Source: Frankiales bacterium
GTDB lineage: Bacteria > Actinomycetota > Actinomycetes > Mycobacteriales > SCTD01
Assembly (NCBI GenBank): GCA_025966295.1
Contig: JAOPVD010000034.1
Location: 1 to 37,655, forward strand
Direction: 5' to 3'
DNA length: 37,655 nt
Positions 32,464-37,655 of this stretch are shown one piece after another. The notes below the pieces were generated by a model. It searched no databases. It saw only the letters and a program-made list of their open reading frames with translations, and was not told where the DNA came from. The position numbers and the translations under genes are program-made. Each line of letters begins with the position of its first letter. Positions within the stretch are counted from its first letter, which is position 1.

Positions 32464-34605
32464 GTGGGAGACCTGGAGCGCGAGATCGCGCGGGAGCAGG
32501 CGGTGGTCGACCGCGCCCTGACCCGCCTGGAGGTGCTGCGCACCGTGGCAGCGCAGCGCGAGCGGGAGTCGCTGCACGGCACCGGTACCGGCACGCCGCA
32601 GGCGGTCTACGAGCGCGACGTGCAGGCCCTGGCCGCCGCGGCCCGCCGGGTGGACCTCGACGCCGCGGGTGAGGGCCTGGTGTTCGGCCGGCTCGACGTG
32701 CTCGAGGGCCCGGCCCTGCACATCGGCCGGCTCGGCCTGCGGACCGAGGACCAGGAGCCGATCGTCGTCGACTGGCGGGCCCCGGCCGCCGCGCCGTTCT
32801 ACCGGGCGACCGCCGCCGACCCGCTCGGGGTCGTGCGCCGCCGCACGATCAGCTGCCGCGGCCCGCAGGTCACCGGCGTCGAGGACGAGCTGCTCGACCC
32901 GGACGCGCACCTGGACGGCACCATCGTCGGTGATGGGGCGTTCCTCGCCGCGGTCTCCCGCGAGCGCGGTGCCCACATGCGCGACATCGTCGCCACCATC
33001 CAGCGCGAGCAGGACCTGGCGGTGCGCGCCCCCGACGACGGCGCCCTGGTCGTCACCGGCGGCCCCGGCACCGGCAAGACCGCCGTGGCGCTGCACCGGG
33101 TCGCCTACCTGATGTACGCCCGCCGCGAGTGGTACGGCCGGCGCGGCGTGCTGGTCGTCGGTCCGTCGCCGGTCTTCGTCGACTACATCGGCGCGGTCCT
33201 GCCGTCCCTGGGCGAGACCAGCGTGCGGCTCGCCGACCTCGGCCGGGTGCCGGTGCTGCCGCGCAGCCTCACCCTGGACGGCGACGACGACCCGGCGGCG
33301 GTCGCGGTCAAGGGCTCCGCCCGGATGGCAACGCTGCTCAAGCGGGCGGTGCGGCACCTGGCCGGCGCCCAGCGGATCAGCGACCTGGAGCTGATCCACT
33401 GGGGGTACGCGTTCACGCTGCCCGTCGACGAGCTGCTCCGCCGCCGCTCGCAGGTCGGGCGGTCGCCGCGCAGCCACAACGCCGGCCGCACCGCCTACGT
33501 CGCCGCGCTGGTGGAGGTGGCGTGGCGGGCCTGGGAGCGGCGCCCGCAGGCCGCCAAGCCCGAGCCCGGCGACCGGGAGGACTTCGGCCGCTGGCTGCGC
33601 AGCGACCCGGCTTTCGTCCGCGAGGTCGACAAGGCCTGGCCGGTGCTCGCGCCGCTGCAGGTGCTCGACGCGCTCCGCACCGGCAAGGTCCCGCTCGCCA
33701 AGGTCGCCGGCGGCCTGTACGACGACACCGAGCAGGCGGTGCTCGCCCGCAGTTGGCCCAGCACGTCGTTCTCGGCCGCCGACGCGGCGGTGCTCGACGA
33801 GCTCGCCACCATCCTGGGCCCGCCGCCGGAGCCCGAGGTCGACCCGGACGACGCGTGGGACGAGCTGTCCGAGCTCGACGCCCTGGCCGCCGAGCACGGG
33901 GTGACGACCTTCGCCGACCGCAACCGCGGGGCGACTCGCGCCCCGGCGCTGGACGCCGACTACCGCACCTACGCGCACGTCGTGGTCGACGAGGCGCAGG
34001 ACGTCACGCCGATGCAGTGGCGGATGCTGGGCCGCCGGGCCCGCGGTGCCACCTGGACGATCGTCGGCGACTGGGCGCAGTCGGCCTGGCCGGACGTGGA
34101 GGAGGTCCGGCGGGCGATGGACGAGGTGCTCGGCAAGGCGCGGTTGCGCAGCTCCGAGCTGTCCACCAACTACCGCACCAGCACCGAGATCGCCGACCTG
34201 GCCGCCCGCGTGCTGCACCGGATCGACCCCGCGGCGGTCGCCCCCGAGGCGGTCCGCTCCACCGGCGTGGTCCCGGACTGGGTCGTCACCGACGACGTCG
34301 TGGCGGCCCTGCCCGCGGCGCTGTCCGCCTTGCTCGACCAGGTGGGCGGCACCGTCGGCGTCGTCGTGCCACGCGCCCTCCGGGCCGCCGTACGCGCGGT
34401 CGTCGACGACCCCCGGGTCGCGGTCGTCGACACCTGGCAGGTCAAGGGGCTGGAGTACGACGGCTGCGTCGTGCTGGCACCCGAGGCCGTGGTCGCCGAG
34501 GCGCTCACCGAGAAGGCCGGCCTCCGGACGCTGTACGTCGCGCTGACCCGCGCCACGCAGCGCCTGGTCGTGCTGTCGACGCACGCCGAGGTGTGGCTCG
34601 ACTGA
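32464..34605 (+). CDS. helD: HelD-family RNA polymerase-associated helicase-like ATPase
   Basis: FGRLD, IGRLGL, VDWRAPAAAPFY, MRDIVATIQREQD, GGPGTGKT, VVDEAQD, NYRT, KGLEYD, YVALTRATQ; GGGAGG RBS before GTG at 32464. Confidence 0.9.
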   Translation: MGDLEREIAREQAVVDRALTRLEVLRTVAAQRERESLHGTGTGTPQAVYERDVQALAAAARRVDLDAAGEGLVFGRLDVLEGPALHIGRLGLRTEDQEPIVVDWRAPAAAPFYRATAADPLGVVRRRTISCRGPQVTGVEDELLDPDAHLDGTIVGDGAFLAAVSRERGAHMRDIVATIQREQDLAVRAPDDGALVVTGGPGTGKTAVALHRVAYLMYARREWYGRRGVLVVGPSPVFVDYIGAVLPSLGETSVRLADLGRVPVLPRSLTLDGDDDPAAVAVKGSARMATLLKRAVRHLAGAQRISDLELIHWGYAFTLPVDELLRRRSQVGRSPRSHNAGRTAYVAALVEVAWRAWERRPQAAKPEPGDREDFGRWLRSDPAFVREVDKAWPVLAPLQVLDALRTGKVPLAKVAGGLYDDTEQAVLARSWPSTSFSAADAAVLDELATILGPPPEPEVDPDDAWDELSELDALAAEHGVTTFADRNRGATRAPALDADYRTYAHVVVDEAQDVTPMQWRMLGRRARGATWTIVGDWAQSAWPDVEEVRRAMDEVLGKARLRSSELSTNYRTSTEIADLAARVLHRIDPAAVAPEAVRSTGVVPDWVVTDDVVAALPAALSALLDQVGGTVGVVVPRALRAAVRAVVDDPRVAVVDTWQVKGLEYDGCVVLAPEAVVAEALTEKAGLRTLYVALTRATQRLVVLSTHAEVWLD

Positions 34606-34606
34606 G

Positions 34607-35035
34607 CTACGGCAGCGAGGTGGCGCGCCGGTCCCACTCGGTGCGGAACACCTGCTCCAGCGAGGGGTGCCGCGCGAACAGGCCGGTGAGGTCGTCGTAG
34701 CCGAGCCGCAGGGCCCGTACCTCGCCGGAGGTGATGACCGTGGCGTTGCGGCGCTTCTGCTCCACGAGCGCGGCCTCCCCGATGAGCGCTCCGGCGTGCA
34801 GCTCGGCGACGACCTCGGCGCCGTGCCGGACCTCGGTGTCGCCCGACATCAGCACGTAGCAGGAGTCGGCCGGGGTGTTCTCGCTCATGAGCGCCCAGCC
34901 GTCCGGCAGGTGCACCACCCGGCCGCTGCCGGCCAGCGCGTCCAGCGCCTTCCGGTCGACGTGCGCGAACACCTCGAGGCCGGCCAGCTCGTCGGCGAGG
35001 GCCTTGGTCTGCTTGTCCTGCTTGTGGAGCGCCAT
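34607..35035 (-). CDS. Cyclic-nucleotide-binding domain protein
   Basis: CYVLMSG, GALIGEAALV...RNATV; GAGGAG RBS before ATG at 35035. Confidence 0.88.
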   Translation of the reverse strand: MALHKQDKQTKALADELAGLEVFAHVDRKALDALAGSGRVVHLPDGWALMSENTPADSCYVLMSGDTEVRHGAEVVAELHAGALIGEAALVEQKRRNATVITSGEVRALRLGYDDLTGLFARHPSLEQVFRTEWDRRATSLP

Positions 35036-35102
35036 CGGTCGTCTCCTCTCGAAGCCGACCACCACCCTGCCCCTCCAGCACCCAGCCGACAAGGACCTCC
35101 GG

Positions 35103-36253
<1,151 letters not shown>

Positions 36254-36257
<4 letters not shown>

Positions 36258-37180
36258 GACGTGATCTCCTTGGCGAGGGCCTGGACGGCCCGGGACGGGC
36301 TGGGGCGGCCGAGATGGCCGGCCATCCACACGCTGGTGCGAGTGAGGGCCTCGAGGTCGACGCCGGTCTCGATGCCGAGGCCGTGCAGCTGCCAGAGCAG
36401 GTCCTCGGTGGCGAGGTTGCCGGTGGCGCTCTTGGCGTAGGGGCAGCCGCCGAGGCCGCCGGCGCTGGCGTCCACCACGGTGATGCCGTGCTGCAACGCG
36501 ATGAGGGTGTTGGCGAGCGCCTGGCCGTAGGTGTCGTGGAAGTGCACGGCCAGCTGGCCGACCGAGACGCCCTGCTGGCCCAGCGCCTCGAGCAGCGCCA
36601 CGACCTGACCCGGGGTGGCGACGCCGATGGTGTCGCCCAGGCTGAGCTCGGTGACGCCCATGTCGATCAGCGTCCTGGCGTGGCCCGCGACGACGTGCGG
36701 GTCCACGGCGCCCTCCCACGGGTCGCCGAAGCACATCGACAGGTAGCCGCGCACCGCGACGCCCGCGCCGCGGGCCCGGTCGACGACTGGCCGGAACATC
36801 TCGAGCGACTCCGCGACCGAGCGGTTGAGGTTCTTCTGCGCGAAGGTCTCGGTGGCGCTGCCGAAGACCGCGATCTCCCGCACGCCGGCGGCGAGCGCCC
36901 GCTCGAGGCCCTTGCCGTTGGGGACCAGCACCGGCATCCGCACGCCCTCGGGCGCCGGTCCCAGGGCGGCGAGCAGCTCGGCGGCGTCGGCCAGCTGGGG
37001 CACCCAGGTCGGGCTGACGAAGCTGGTGGTCTCGACGGCGCAGTGCCCGGCCGCGAGCAGCTGCCGGACGAACTCGGCCTTCACCTCGACGGGGATCAGG
37101 CCCGACTCGTTCTGCAGCCCGTCCCGCGGGCCGACCTCGTAGACGGTGACGCGCTTGGGTAGCCCGGGCAGCGGGGTCAC
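36254..37180 (-). CDS. Hydroxymethylglutaryl-CoA lyase
   Basis: EVGPRDGLQNE, SFVSP.WVPQLAD, LGDTIG, HFHDTYG, GLGGCPYA...GNLATED. Confidence 0.95.
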
Positions 37181-37655
37181 GCCTTCACCTGCACGAGCAG
37201 CTCGTCGACGGCGACCTGCTGGCCGACGCGGACCAGCAGGTCCGCGACGGTCCCGTCCATCGGTGCACTGAGCGTGTGCTCCATCTTCATCGCCTCCCCG
37301 ACCACGAGCGGCTGGCCCATGACGACCACCGCCCCCACCGAGGTGTGGACGGCGATGACGCTGCCCGGCATCGGGCTGGTGATCTCGCCGTCGTGCGCGT
37401 GCGCCTCGTCGACGCGCAGCACGCGCGGCTGCTCGTGCAGGACCCAGCTGGCCCCCTCCCGGCCTACCCACACGTTGCCACCGTCGACCGCGGTCGCCCA
37501 CCGCGTGGTGCGGCCGCCGGCGGTGAGCAGCACGTCGTCGCCGATCAGCCGGCCGGCGACGGTGACCGGGTCGGCGCCGTCCACGGTGAGCTGGTCGCCC
37601 TGCAGGGCGACGCCGGCGGTCCGGCCGCCGGGCAGCGCGAGCAGCCAGCGCAGCG
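37177..37655 (-). CDS. Biotin-dependent acyl-CoA carboxylase alpha subunit, C-terminal BCCP part (partial)
   Basis: SPMPGSV...EAMKMEH...APMDG biotinyl domain; adjacency to HMG-CoA lyase suggests 3-methylcrotonyl-CoA carboxylase. Confidence 0.9.
   Translation of the reverse strand, partial: LRWLLALPGGRTAGVALQGDQLTVDGADPVTVAGRLIGDDVLLTAGGRTTRWATAVDGGNVWVGREGASWVLHEQPRVLRVDEAHAHDGEITSPMPGSVIAVHTSVGAVVVMGQPLVVGEAMKMEHTLSAPMDGTVADLLVRVGQQVAVDELLVQVKA

Noticed and set aside
32299-34584. N-terminal two-thirds of the 1149-aa minus-strand ORF
   Set aside because: Antisense shadow of helD; the real gene starts at 32298 with an RBS and lipoprotein signal.

Overview
High-GC actinobacterial chromosome segment. 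Core genes lie at both ends: dnaX (partial), SRP RNA and tRNA-Ser(GGA) on the left; tRNA-Ser(CGA), tadA with two associated paralogs, a RecQ-like helicase, murB, helD and a leucine-catabolism-type operon on the right. Between the two convergent tRNA-Ser genes (1561-23226) is an accessory region whose main content (3629-23116) is a ~20-gene metabolic cluster. It joins four modules not normally seen together: (i) a partial Nit1C/MSMEG_0565-0572 set (DsrE-like NitB, radical SAM, GNAT, AIR-synthase-like, glycosyltransferase) with no nitrilase; (ii) a cobalt-type nitrile hydratase beta-alpha-activator with no amidase; (iii) the four enzyme families of bacterial coenzyme M biosynthesis (ComA, two aspartase/fumarase-superfamily lyases with altered active sites, a PLP D-cysteine-desulfhydrase-like enzyme) with no alkene/epoxide genes in the window; (iv) YahF/FdrA, YahG/DUF1116 and carbamate kinase. 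A 16-bp palindrome (GTTCAC-N4-GTGAAC-like) occurs five times, in all four promoter regions of the cluster, suggesting one regulon under the adjacent XRE-cupin regulator. Also seen: a c-di-GMP-I riboswitch ahead of a secreted DxDxDG-repeat protein, and a DUF559 endonuclease gene bracketed by two related ~105-bp palindromic elements. All family calls come from recalled motifs; no searches were run, and the pathway models are inference.
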